Assembly: GCA_964489895.1 (NCBI GenBank)
Contig: CAZBAN010000008.1
Span: 1-47,219, forward strand
Reading direction: 5' to 3'
DNA from: an uncultured Dehalococcoidales bacterium
GTDB taxonomy: Bacteria; Chloroflexota; Dehalococcoidia; Dehalococcoidales; UBA2162
Length of the DNA stretch: 47,219 bases
The notes under the pieces are model-generated. The model was not told the origin of the DNA. It saw only the letters and a list, made by a program, of their open reading frames with translations, and made no database searches. The position numbers and the translations under genes are program-made. Of the stretch, positions 1 through 8,743 are shown in pieces (the stretch's first letter is position 1; every line of letters begins with the position of its first letter).

Positions 1-793
1 ATATCCCCAGATAGGCTTGACTCTGTGGCGTCATTCTCCCGCTTACAGCCTGACCTGAGATGGAGACGTAGGCGTTGCCCAGATGGTAGCCAGGGTCGAT
101 ATAGTACAGGTGAGTGCTCTCATAGACGCTGGGCCACATCGACCTCAGAATAGGTCCAACACCGAAAACGAGCATAACCAGTAACATGGTCAACACTGTT
201 TTTAGCGTTCTGCCTTTGAACATGGCGGAAATAGCTATGGTAAGAGCATTAAAGAGGATAGCTATAATGACAGAATATAGAAATATCCCGAACACCAGTC
301 CTATGAGAGCTCGGACACTCTCAGGTTCAAGACCCAGAAACAACCAGAATAATAAAATAGTACCAAAAAGTACCACCAGCTCAGTAGCCAGGGTAGCTAT
401 TAGGAGAGCCAGGAATTTACCCAGAACAAACTGGAATCTGCCTATAGGCTTACTCACCATAAGGAGGAGAGTTCCACCTTCCTCTTCTTTAGAGACGAAA
501 TCCATGCCGCTGGTTACTATCATATAGACAATATAGTATCCAGCTATCCAGAAGAAAGAAAAAACCAAGAAATAACCGACAATGGTATGGGTCTGCATCT
601 CCATAGACATAGTCCCGGAGCGGAATGCATCTCTCCAAACAGCCGCTCCGAAGAGTACCGCCGGTATCAGCCCGGCGATAATTGTCACCGCCAGTCTCTT
701 GAAACTCATCAACTCCTTTATGGTCTTTTCCATCACTATGATAGGCTTTCCCATAAAGGTAGTAGCTTTTCCGAAAGATGTCTGGAGACTCAT
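1..793 (-). CDS. ABC-2 type transporter permease (3' end runs off the left window edge)
   Basis: Absent from the ORF track because it is truncated. My manual reverse-strand translation from ATG at 793 stays open to position 1 (MSLQTSFGKATTFMGKPIIVMEKTIKELMSFKRLAVTIIAGLIPAVLFGAAVW...EEGGTLLLMVSKPIGRFQFVLGKFLALLIATL...). The product is multi-TM and hydrophobic, with the ABC-2 style LLLxxSKPIxR motif. The start lies 4 nt after the stop (797-799) of the upstream ATPase gene. Confidence 0.7.
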   Translation of the reverse strand, partial: MSLQTSFGKATTFMGKPIIVMEKTIKELMSFKRLAVTIIAGLIPAVLFGAAVWRDAFRSGTMSMEMQTHTIVGYFLVFSFFWIAGYYIVYMIVTSGMDFVSKEEEGGTLLLMVSKPIGRFQFVLGKFLALLIATLATELVVLFGTILLFWLFLGLEPESVRALIGLVFGIFLYSVIIAILFNALTIAISAMFKGRTLKTVLTMLLVMLVFGVGPILRSMWPSVYESTHLYYIDPGYHLGNAYVSISGQAVSGRMTPQSQAYLGI

Positions 794-796
794 CGT

Positions 797-1735
797 TTAT
801 TCCTCTTCTTCCATACCCATTGTTTTTTGATAGATATCCTGGAGGCTGGCACGTTCCTCACTGAAATGTTCAAGCTCTATATCGGTTTGAGCCAAGGTTC
901 CTACAACCTCTTTTCTCAGCTCAGTAGTATTATCACTTATTATGTGAATAAAATCTTCGGTATCTATCCAGACTTCGCTACAGAGTCCCTTATCCCTTAT
1001 TATTTCCAGTATCTTCTCATTGTGCGATGTTTTAAGTAGAAAATGATTCCCTGAGAAGCTTCTCCTCAATTCAGTCATTTCGCCTTCCACTACAATTCGC
1101 CCTTTATCAATCATAGTCATGAAGTCGACGACCTGTTCCAGTTCAGAGAGTATATGACTCGAGAGAAAGATGGTCACGTTTTTCTCGTGGCACAGTCCTC
1201 TCAGGTTATCAAGAATAGATATTCTTCCGGTGGGGTCCATGTTAGCCGTAGGCTCATCCAGAATCAAGAGTTCGGGTTCGTGTATCAGGGCTTGAGCAAG
1301 ACTGAGTCTCTGCTTCATGCCGGCGCTAAAACCACCCACCTTGCTTTCGGCGAAATCACCTATGTTGAGCCAGTCGAGGAGTTCCAGTGCTTTCTTTCTC
1401 GCTTCCGACCTTTCCATCCCGCAGATTCTTGCCATATACGCCAGATAATCGGAGGCAACCATATCGTTGTAAAAAAATGCACGTTCCGGTGCATAACCGA
1501 TAATCTGTTTAGCAGCCGCCGAACCAATCTCGTTACCTTTGATATATCCTTCTCCCCGGCTGCACCAGATAGCCCCGATGAGCATTTTCATGGTAGTCGT
1601 TTTGCCAGCCCCGTTAGGTCCGACAAAACCGTGGATAACTCCCTGCCGTACCGACAGATTAACGCTGTCCACGGCGGTAAAATCGCCGAAATTTTTGGTC
1701 ATGTTCCTGGTCTCAATCATAAGGGTGCTATCCAT
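797..1735 (-). CDS. ABC transporter ATP-binding protein (ABC-2/CcmA-type, with C-terminal accessory domain)
   Basis: Walker A GPNGAGKTT, signature FSAGMKQRL and Walker B LLILDEPT are present. A roughly 90-aa C-terminal extension is typical of ABC-2 subfamily ATPases. The start overlaps the stop of the upstream 1117-aa gene by 8 nt. Confidence 0.9.
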   Translation of the reverse strand: MDSTLMIETRNMTKNFGDFTAVDSVNLSVRQGVIHGFVGPNGAGKTTTMKMLIGAIWCSRGEGYIKGNEIGSAAAKQIIGYAPERAFFYNDMVASDYLAYMARICGMERSEARKKALELLDWLNIGDFAESKVGGFSAGMKQRLSLAQALIHEPELLILDEPTANMDPTGRISILDNLRGLCHEKNVTIFLSSHILSELEQVVDFMTMIDKGRIVVEGEMTELRRSFSGNHFLLKTSHNEKILEIIRDKGLCSEVWIDTEDFIHIISDNTTELRKEVVGTLAQTDIELEHFSEERASLQDIYQKTMGMEEEE

Positions 1736-4700
1736 GATGCTCCCTCCTGCGCTGACGCCTGACGATGAGTCCCCATACCGGCGGTACCAGAGTGATGATT
1801 AAGAATAAAGCCAGCCAGATAATCAGCATGATGACGGATGTGGGACTCTTTTCCACGGAGATGGTCACATTCTGATAGATTCCCCGCCCATATTCATCAA
1901 GCGAACGAACCTCCAGTTCGTGCTCCCCATGAGCGACCGGCACACTGAGTTCATTCTCATTGGTCCTCCCCACTTCTATCCCGTCTATTAACACCTGATT
2001 AAATGCCCCCTGGTCTATCCCAGTCCATTCTACCTTCACCGGTGACGTCTGTATGCTGCCATCGGCAGGAGCCGTAATTTGAAGGTTACGAGCTATATTC
2101 AGAACGTAAACTTCGCCTCTCAGTCCAATCATCATAAATGCATCCCCAGTGTCCGTTTCGACGAAGTCGACCCCTATAATCCGAAAATCAGCGATTGTCT
2201 GCTCGTGGTGGATGTCTATCACTATGAGCTGCCATTCCTTCTGCTGAGCCGTCTCACCAAAAGCCACAATCGCCGCCAAGTCCCCGGCACCGTCACCGTT
2301 AACATCCGATATCTCCCTGACCAGAAATCCGGGGTGCCATCTCATATCGCGGTGGATGGCAGAATCGATTCCCTCCAGAACGATGCACTTTATCTCACGG
2401 TCTTGCATGACATCGTAGACCAGAATCTGAGCTCCGGGCTGCCAGGTGAGGTTCCTGACCAAAGCCAGGTCGGTAACACCGTCACCGGATATATCTGACA
2501 CCGGGCAGGCTGGCATAATGCTGCCAAAGTAGTCTGCAGACCTGAACAGGCTCTCATCACGGTAGTCGTTGTACTCCCAGATAACAGCTTTGTTCCGGCC
2601 GCTCAGTAACTCGAGCTTCGGACCTTCCTTACCTTCCAACCATCTTCGTAATAGCAGGCTGTCATTATAACCATCGTTGTCGAAGTCAGCGGCGCCGGGG
2701 TCCAATGTGGTGCCGTTTGGGTCGTATTCCACCTCAAGAACCGTATCGCCGGTAACCGGCGACACATAGGTAAGTATCGGAGGGCGTGCCTCCTCGTGCC
2801 TGAAATAGTAGATATCTCTGATATCATCGCCATCGACATCTTCCCCCAGCCATGCCTGCTGACCTGCCATCCCTCCTTCCACCTTTATCGTCAGAGAGGT
2901 ATCAAAATCAAGAGTCCCGGTTTGTGCACCAATGTCGGTTTCGACAATATATATCTCGGAGTTAGTGATAACGGCTAAGTCGTCTCCCCCGTCTCCGTTG
3001 AGGTCATCAATCACCAGTTGACGGTTCCATTGGCCACCCGCCGGTCCGGTCTTCACTCCCGACAATCCCTCCCACTGGTGCGGTTCGTAGGTCCATATCG
3101 ACAGAACTTCGCCCTCGGGATTCAGTAAGAATATGTCATTAGGGACTCTAACCAGGAAGCCGACAGGTGCCGGTCCTCCCTTACGGAAGGTGATAACATC
3201 AAAGGACATAATCCATTTATTAATCCGGTTACCGTAACTGGTTCCGGTCAAAACCGGCTCCTTGAGCAGGATAGTACCATCTTTTCCGCTAAGCGCTATG
3301 ATTCTGCTGTTTTCTCCACGCTCTTTATCTCTTCGTGCCTCCTCGGGTATCTGGATGAAACCGGCTATATCCTGTTTTCCGTCTCCATTAATGTCAGGCG
3401 TTACCCGAACGCTGCTGATACCTCCGGTGGTCATAAACTCTTCATGGGGCACTTCGTAGGTCCAGACCTTCTCCATAGTGTCTCCGTCTATCAGGTAAAG
3501 GACTCTGGTCGTAGGTCTTTGGTGAACATCCCCTTTACCATGGAGGTAGGTCTGCGATTGAATGAGGAAGTCTTCGGCTGAATCTCCGTGGAATTCACCT
3601 CGTTCCACGGTCACATCGGTTACTCTGGGGTAGTCCCAGAGAACATCGCCTTCAGGAGAGACCATCAAGAGGTCTCCGTAATCGGAGGCTATAATAAACG
3701 TCTCATCACCATTTGCTCTGACTCTATATAAACTCCCGCTGGCCGATTCGGGGCCGGATTTTATCTTGATTGTTTTCAGTTTGGTTCCATTTTCAAGGTT
3801 AATCACATCCACCTCATCGGTAAAGCCGGACTTCCCCTTGGGCATAAGAATAACCTGTTCTCCTCCTAAGGAGGTAATCTCGACCCGGTAAACGTTGTCC
3901 ATATCCAGTCCCGGCATCTGCCATTCTATGATTCCCGATGCGCCGTTTATCATAAACAGCCCGGACCTCCCGGTACCCATGTGAGTCGAAGCCAGAACTT
4001 CCTCGACACCGTCACCGGAGATATCATCGACCAGAGTAAGTCTGATGTTGAAAAAGTTGGTCTCCCCGGGGCTGGTAGGCTTCTGTGATTTCTGTCGATA
4101 ATACTGAAACTGTAAAGATGCTACGTACTCAATGACATCAATTTCCCACTCGACAGTCCCGTCGGTTAGGTTGATAAGGCGTACCTTACCATCCTCGGAA
4201 CCAACTACCGTCTGTGAGTTACCTCTAGTTCCAAGCGGCAGTATGTCCCAGACCGAGCGGTCAACGGTAGCCCAAAACTCATTCTGGTCATTCATTACAT
4301 CGTACCTTTCGGCCACCCTCTCCCGCCAGATTAGTTCGCCATCTTTCCCGCTGAGAACATGCACAAATCCATTTTGCCCTCCCACTGCGATATCGGGAAA
4401 GCCGTCTATATTTATATCGGCGGTAGCTGCTATCTTCCAGAGATTATTGTTGGCTTGGTAAACCCAGAGTTCTTCGCCGGTTCTACCGTCAATCGCGTAG
4501 ATCCGATAACCTGAGGTGGCAATTACATCCTTAATTTCGTCACCGTTAACATCCAGAACCTCAAGGTCAAAAGTAGGCATCTGCTGCTCGGTCCACATCA
4601 GGTTGTCAATGAAGACTTCCTGTTTTGGTATGAACTGCCAAAGTTTGGCACCGGTATCGCTATCGTAGCAGCGGATATTGGGGAAGTAGATATCCTGTAT

Positions 4701-5081
4701 AGCAATGACAATATCTTGCTGATAATCCCCGGTTAAGTCATCGAGCAGGGCTATATCCTGAACGAGACTTGGAGTCTGAATGTAGTTTAGAAGAGTCCCC
4801 TGAGAGACGATATAAAGTCCGCTTGAGGTGCCCAGGAGTACTGCCTCCTCCTCACCGGAGAGTTCCATGACCGCGATATCTGTGCCAATCTCGCCGGACA
4901 ACCCTGCCTGTAAGAAATTAACAGACGGTTTGAGAGGGTCTGACACGTATGGGAATGTTAGCACATGACCAGGGGGACTGAAAGGTGAAGCTGATGAATC
5001 TGCCACTGTGTTTCCGGACATGGCAAATCCGAGTATTACAATGATAGCCAAGGAAATAACCACAAAGCGTGAAAACTTCAT
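1728..5081 (-). CDS. Large extracytoplasmic FG-GAP / PQQ-like beta-propeller repeat protein with N-terminal signal/anchor and C-terminal TM anchor
   Basis: The N-terminus MKFSRFVVISLAIIVILGFAMSG is hydrophobic. There are ten Ca-binding-type loops (DVNGDEIKDVI, DINIDGFPDIAV, DISGDGVEEVLA, DINGDGKQDIAG, DLNGDGGDDLAV, DVDGDDIRDIYY, DFDNDGYNDSLL, DISGDGVTDLAL, DVNGDGAGDLAA, DDLTGDYQQDIV). PQQ/BamB-like repeats recur (DSDTGAKLWQF, IDGRTGEELWVY, LSGKDGELIWRE, LTDGTVEWEI). The C-terminus has an Ig-like segment, then the TM helix VIMLIIWLALFLIITLVPPVWGLIV and a basic tail RRQRRREHHG. Confidence 0.8.
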   Translation of the reverse strand: MKFSRFVVISLAIIVILGFAMSGNTVADSSASPFSPPGHVLTFPYVSDPLKPSVNFLQAGLSGEIGTDIAVMELSGEEEAVLLGTSSGLYIVSQGTLLNYIQTPSLVQDIALLDDLTGDYQQDIVIAIQDIYFPNIRCYDSDTGAKLWQFIPKQEVFIDNLMWTEQQMPTFDLEVLDVNGDEIKDVIATSGYRIYAIDGRTGEELWVYQANNNLWKIAATADINIDGFPDIAVGGQNGFVHVLSGKDGELIWRERVAERYDVMNDQNEFWATVDRSVWDILPLGTRGNSQTVVGSEDGKVRLINLTDGTVEWEIDVIEYVASLQFQYYRQKSQKPTSPGETNFFNIRLTLVDDISGDGVEEVLASTHMGTGRSGLFMINGASGIIEWQMPGLDMDNVYRVEITSLGGEQVILMPKGKSGFTDEVDVINLENGTKLKTIKIKSGPESASGSLYRVRANGDETFIIASDYGDLLMVSPEGDVLWDYPRVTDVTVERGEFHGDSAEDFLIQSQTYLHGKGDVHQRPTTRVLYLIDGDTMEKVWTYEVPHEEFMTTGGISSVRVTPDINGDGKQDIAGFIQIPEEARRDKERGENSRIIALSGKDGTILLKEPVLTGTSYGNRINKWIMSFDVITFRKGGPAPVGFLVRVPNDIFLLNPEGEVLSIWTYEPHQWEGLSGVKTGPAGGQWNRQLVIDDLNGDGGDDLAVITNSEIYIVETDIGAQTGTLDFDTSLTIKVEGGMAGQQAWLGEDVDGDDIRDIYYFRHEEARPPILTYVSPVTGDTVLEVEYDPNGTTLDPGAADFDNDGYNDSLLLRRWLEGKEGPKLELLSGRNKAVIWEYNDYRDESLFRSADYFGSIMPACPVSDISGDGVTDLALVRNLTWQPGAQILVYDVMQDREIKCIVLEGIDSAIHRDMRWHPGFLVREISDVNGDGAGDLAAIVAFGETAQQKEWQLIVIDIHHEQTIADFRIIGVDFVETDTGDAFMMIGLRGEVYVLNIARNLQITAPADGSIQTSPVKVEWTGIDQGAFNQVLIDGIEVGRTNENELSVPVAHGEHELEVRSLDEYGRGIYQNVTISVEKSPTSVIMLIIWLALFLIITLVPPVWGLIVRRQRRREHHG

Positions 5082-5564
5082 CGAATCGGCTGTAATATTT
5101 CCTTTGTTTCAGCAAAACTTTAACATAAAGATATAGGTGCGTCAATCGTTATAGCTACAACTTCATATGTAACAGGATGATTTACTCGTGCTCCCTCCGA
5201 GAGATGCCGCGAAACTCTACAAAGTGCACTGCTATATCGGATTCTACCACCTTCCAGCAGCTTCGGGACGTCCTTGACTCCAAGTTGATTGAAGCCGTAA
5301 AGCAAAATAGCTTTACACATAAGGGACTAGAGTCACAAGTCGTCTACTGACTACGCTATCGGACTTAAACCTGTCCTTTTAATCTTTCAATTCACTTTTC
5401 ATCGAAATGTTACTATCATTCATATTGAACGAAGCGGTGAACGGAAATTATATGTAGGGATTGTTTCTCATTCAGTTTATGTGGTACTTGTTGTAGAGGG
5501 GCGCATCCTGAAAGATCCAATCTTAAGGGTTAGGCCTGCCCGCCGTACGAGACTTCAGCAGGCG

Positions 5565-5576
5565 GGGGTGAGGTAA
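5565..5576 (+). repeat. Copy A of exact 12-mer GGGGTGAGGTAA, preceded by a short GC stem (cccgcc...ggcggg)
   Basis: The identical 12-mer also occurs at 10802-10813 and 27112-27123, all on the + strand and all intergenic. Confidence 0.7.
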
Positions 5577-5618
5577 TAATAAAGTACCCAACGAGCTTGA
5601 ACGATATCCCACGAAGGG

Positions 5619-5647
5619 TTGACAAACATGTTTTAAGGAAGTAGTAT
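5619..5647 (+). promoter_or_regulatory. Putative sigma70-type promoter for the radical SAM gene
   Basis: TTGACA (5619-5624), 17-nt spacer, TAGTAT (5642-5647). It lies about 110 nt upstream of the GTG start at 5757. Confidence 0.35.
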
Positions 5648-5756
5648 AACCCAAGAAAGCATCACTTTAAAAATAAAAGGGCGGTAAGGCAGTCCATAAT
5701 TGATATTATGTAAACATGCTTCACCGCTTTAGTTTTAATCGGAAAAGGAGCAAAAT

Positions 5757-7274
5757 GTGAAAATACTTCTTGTTTATCCCCAGTATCCGGACACTTTCTG
5801 GAGCTTCACACACGCTTTAAGGTTCGTTTCAAAGAAAGCCGCATTCCCTCCTTTAGGACTACTGACCGTTGCCGCCATGCTTCCCGCCGATTGGGAGAAA
5901 AAGCTGGTGGATATGAACACATCCACACTTACGGATGAAGATATTCAATGGGCTGATTACGTATTTATCAGCGCCATGGTCGTACAGAGAGACTCAGTAA
6001 AAGAAGTCATATCAAGGTGTAACAGGCTCAATGCAGCAACCGTTGCCGGCGGGCCTCTCTTCACCACCGGATACGATGAGTTCGATGGAGTTGACCACTT
6101 CGTTCTCGGTGAAGCTGAAATTACCCTTCCCATGTTCCTCGAAGACCTCGCCAGGGGTGAAGCCAGACACTTATACGAAAGCGATGAACGCCCGGAGATA
6201 GACAAGACTCCCCTGCCTCTGTGGTCGCTTATTAACATGAAACAGTACTCCTCGATGAGCATACAGTACTCGCGAGGGTGTCCTTTCGACTGCGAATTCT
6301 GCGATATTGTTTTACTGAACGGACATAAACCCAGGACCAAGAACAAAGACCAGATGACTGCCGAGCTTGACACGCTGCACAATCACGGCTGGCGAGGCGG
6401 GGTATTCATCGTCGACGATAATTTCATCGGCAATAAAAAGAAGCTGAAAGCGGAAACAATGCCGGCGATAATTGAGTGGTCAAGAGAGAAAAAATACCCC
6501 TTCGCCTTCTTTACCGAAGTATCCATAAACCTCGCCGATGATGAAGTACTGATGCAGATGATGGCAGATGCCGGATTCGACCGTCTATTTATCGGGATAG
6601 AGACACCGAATGAAGCAAGCCTTGCCGAGTGCAACAAGATACCGAACAAAGGACGCGATTTAACCACCGCGGTAAAAATACTCCAGAATCGCGGCTTTGA
6701 AGTGCAGGGAGGCTTCATAGTCGGCTTCGATAGCGACCCCGTATCCATATTCAGAAGCCAGATTAACTTCATCCAGAATACCGGCATCGTCACGGCGATG
6801 GTTGGTTTGCTGAACGCCCCCCGCGGCACAAAGCTGTATCACCGCCTGAAGAAAGAAAACAGGCTTCTCAAAGATATCACAGGCGATAACACCGATTACT
6901 CAATAAACTTTGTCCCCAAGATGAACTACGAAACCCTTATCAATGGATACAGGAACATTCTCAACACAATCTATTCTCCAAAACACTATTACGAGCGGGT
7001 AATGACATTCCTTAAAGAATATAATCCTCCAAAGGTAAATAGAGCTCCTCAGCTACAATTCAGTCATATAGAAGGCCTGTTTAAATCAATCTGGCATCTC
7101 GGTTTCAAGGAAAAAGGGAGAAGGTATTACTGGAGACTATTAGTCTCGACTTTATTTAAGCATCCGCGAGCATTCCCACTGTCGGTAAGCCTGACTGTCT
7201 TCGGATTCCACTTCCGGAAAGTCACGGAAAGACTCTCAAGCACCCGTATCGAGGATATCGTTTCTTCGGCATAA
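5757..7274 (+). CDS. B12-binding domain radical SAM protein (class B, DUF4070-type C-terminus)
   Basis: The N-terminus MKILLVYPQYPDTFW...PPLGLLTVAAMLP is typical of the cobalamin-binding Rossmann domain. The radical SAM cluster motif is CPFDCEFCD (CxxxCxxC). The GTG start is preceded by AAAGGAG at 6-nt spacing. Confidence 0.9.
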   Translation: MKILLVYPQYPDTFWSFTHALRFVSKKAAFPPLGLLTVAAMLPADWEKKLVDMNTSTLTDEDIQWADYVFISAMVVQRDSVKEVISRCNRLNAATVAGGPLFTTGYDEFDGVDHFVLGEAEITLPMFLEDLARGEARHLYESDERPEIDKTPLPLWSLINMKQYSSMSIQYSRGCPFDCEFCDIVLLNGHKPRTKNKDQMTAELDTLHNHGWRGGVFIVDDNFIGNKKKLKAETMPAIIEWSREKKYPFAFFTEVSINLADDEVLMQMMADAGFDRLFIGIETPNEASLAECNKIPNKGRDLTTAVKILQNRGFEVQGGFIVGFDSDPVSIFRSQINFIQNTGIVTAMVGLLNAPRGTKLYHRLKKENRLLKDITGDNTDYSINFVPKMNYETLINGYRNILNTIYSPKHYYERVMTFLKEYNPPKVNRAPQLQFSHIEGLFKSIWHLGFKEKGRRYYWRLLVSTLFKHPRAFPLSVSLTVFGFHFRKVTERLSSTRIEDIVSSA

Positions 7275-7382
7275 GAGGATTTATAGAGTAAGGAAAAAGC
7301 ATAGCCGTTTCCACTGCAAACGGAGTATTAACCGGTATTTTTCATAAAAATCACAAACTATTACCTGATTTACCTGTAATAT

Positions 7383-7411
7383 GTGCAAAATTCTTTTAGT
7401 TATGTTAAAAT
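7383..7411 (+). promoter_or_regulatory. Putative extended -10 promoter upstream of xerD
   Basis: GTGCAA (7383-7388), 17-nt spacer containing TGt, then TAAAAT (7406-7411). Confidence 0.3.
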
Positions 7412-7472
7412 ACATATGTCAATAAGCTCCAACATTACCCGTAATCTGTGAATCGTTTGATAGTGAGGAGTC

Positions 7473-8384
7473 GTGGTGAAAGAAGATATTAACCGCTTTT
7501 TAACCTACCTGTCCGTGGAGAAAGGTTTTTCCGAGAACACTCTGGCAGCCTACCAGAACGACCTTTCTCAGTTAGCCGCATTTATCGAAGAGGAAGCCGC
7601 CAAACAGGGTACCTCCCCCGGCTGGACCGGCTTCAACCGGCAGGGCATGCTGAATTACCAGCTCAACCTCAAGGAGAGGAATTACGCCGCCACTACCCTG
7701 GCACGTAAAGTAGCCGCCGCCAAGTCCTTCTTTAAATTCATGGTCGCCGAAGGCGCTATCAAGGACAACCCGACACAGAACGTAGCGTCACCCAACGTGG
7801 GCAGGCTGCTGCCCAAACCGATATCCATCAGTCAGGTACGCCAGCTACTGGAACAGCCCGCCAAAAAGTCCACGCCGGAAGCCAAGAGAGACAGGGCGAT
7901 GCTGGAACTGCTGTATGCCAGCGGAATGAGGGTAAGTGAGCTTATATCCCTGAACGTTGACGATATTGATATAGACGGCGGGTTCGTGCGTTGTTTCGGC
8001 AAAGGAAACAAGGAACGCATGATACCCATTTACAGACAGGCTGCCGTAGTGGTAGATGAATATATAAAGGAAGCCCGTCCCCAGATAGTACGACGGAGTG
8101 ACGAGAAAGCTTTATTTCTTAACCGGCGCGGGGAAAGGCTGACCCGGCAGGGCTTCTGGCAGATACTAAAGGGTTACGCCAAAGCCGCCGGACTGGACAA
8201 AGCGATTACACCTCACACTCTGAGACACAGCTTTGCCACCCATATGTTGAGTGGCGGTGCCGACCTGAGGTCGGTACAGGAACTGCTGGGACATGCCAAC
8301 ATCTCCACCACACAGGTATACACCCACCTTACCTCGGAGCATGTCCGGCGTACCTATGAAAAATCCCACCCCAGGGCAAAGTAG
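7473..8384 (+). CDS. xerD: Tyrosine site-specific recombinase XerD
   Basis: Full-length colinearity with XerD: ENTLAAYQNDL, GKGNKERMIP, RQGFWQILKGYA, HTLRHSFATHML, GADLRSVQELLGHANISTTQVYTH, and C-terminal HPRA. GAGGAG at 7465-7470 suggests the second GTG (7476) may be the true start. Confidence 0.85.
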   Translation: MVKEDINRFLTYLSVEKGFSENTLAAYQNDLSQLAAFIEEEAAKQGTSPGWTGFNRQGMLNYQLNLKERNYAATTLARKVAAAKSFFKFMVAEGAIKDNPTQNVASPNVGRLLPKPISISQVRQLLEQPAKKSTPEAKRDRAMLELLYASGMRVSELISLNVDDIDIDGGFVRCFGKGNKERMIPIYRQAAVVVDEYIKEARPQIVRRSDEKALFLNRRGERLTRQGFWQILKGYAKAAGLDKAITPHTLRHSFATHMLSGGADLRSVQELLGHANISTTQVYTHLTSEHVRRTYEKSHPRAK

Positions 8385-8430
8385 CCTGCCGTGTTCGGAA
8401 AAGATATGATAAATATTACAGGAGTATATA

Positions 8431-8718
8431 ATGCCTGCCAGATCACGACGTAAAAGAGGTAAAAACATACCACCGAGCAAGAGAAAGAAACAAAGGGCAA
8501 GTACCCCGGCTCTTGCAGTACGGCAGCAGGCTGTCCTTGAAGCTCCCGAACCGACTCCTGCTCCGGATACATTTACTCCCGCGAAAAGCGAACCCGTTCC
8601 GGAAGCAAGACCAGAAGCAGCCAGGTATCCATACATAAACTCTGAGTTATTGAATATCGGTGTCCTGGCAGTAATAATGCTGATTATTCTCGTCGTGCTG
8701 GCTTCTGTCTTATCGTAG
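8431..8718 (+). CDS. Hypothetical tail-anchored membrane protein with a highly basic N-terminus
   Basis: AGGAG lies 7 nt upstream of the ATG. The protein has the N-terminus MPARSRRKRGKNIPPSKRKKQR, a Pro/Ala/Glu-rich linker and a C-terminal TM IGVLAVIMLIILVVLASVL. No family was recognised. Confidence 0.6.
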   Translation: MPARSRRKRGKNIPPSKRKKQRASTPALAVRQQAVLEAPEPTPAPDTFTPAKSEPVPEARPEAARYPYINSELLNIGVLAVIMLIILVVLASVLS

Positions 8719-8743
8719 CCCTTTCCCGGTTTGTAGACCGATT

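Noticed and set aside
186-1039. Three + strand ORFs (186-527, 582-830, 587-1039) at the left edge.
   Set aside because: They are shadows of the truncated ABC-2 permease (1-793, minus) and the 3' end of the ATPase gene. The minus-strand frame gives a coherent multi-TM protein with an ABC-2 motif.
5120-5320. 66-aa minus-strand ORF just upstream of the propeller gene, considered as a possible precursor peptide or leader for the radical SAM / exporter pair.
   Set aside because: It has no SD, no hydrophobic or Cys/Gly-rich core typical of RiPP precursors, no leader-like motif, and nothing I can tie to the rSAM. It is kept only as a note in the intergenic-region finding.
5716-5760. 14-codon uORF (MLHRFSFNRKRSKM) whose stop overlaps the GTG start of the radical SAM gene.
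   Set aside because: It has no SD of its own, and such short ORFs arise by chance in AT-rich leaders. A regulatory role cannot be supported without conservation data.
7473-8384. XerD-type recombinase as a marker of an integrated mobile element or genomic island.
   Set aside because: It shows full-length similarity to chromosomal XerD, including the C-terminal region. It sits in a housekeeping operon with pcm. I saw no flanking direct repeats, phage, transposase or cargo genes.
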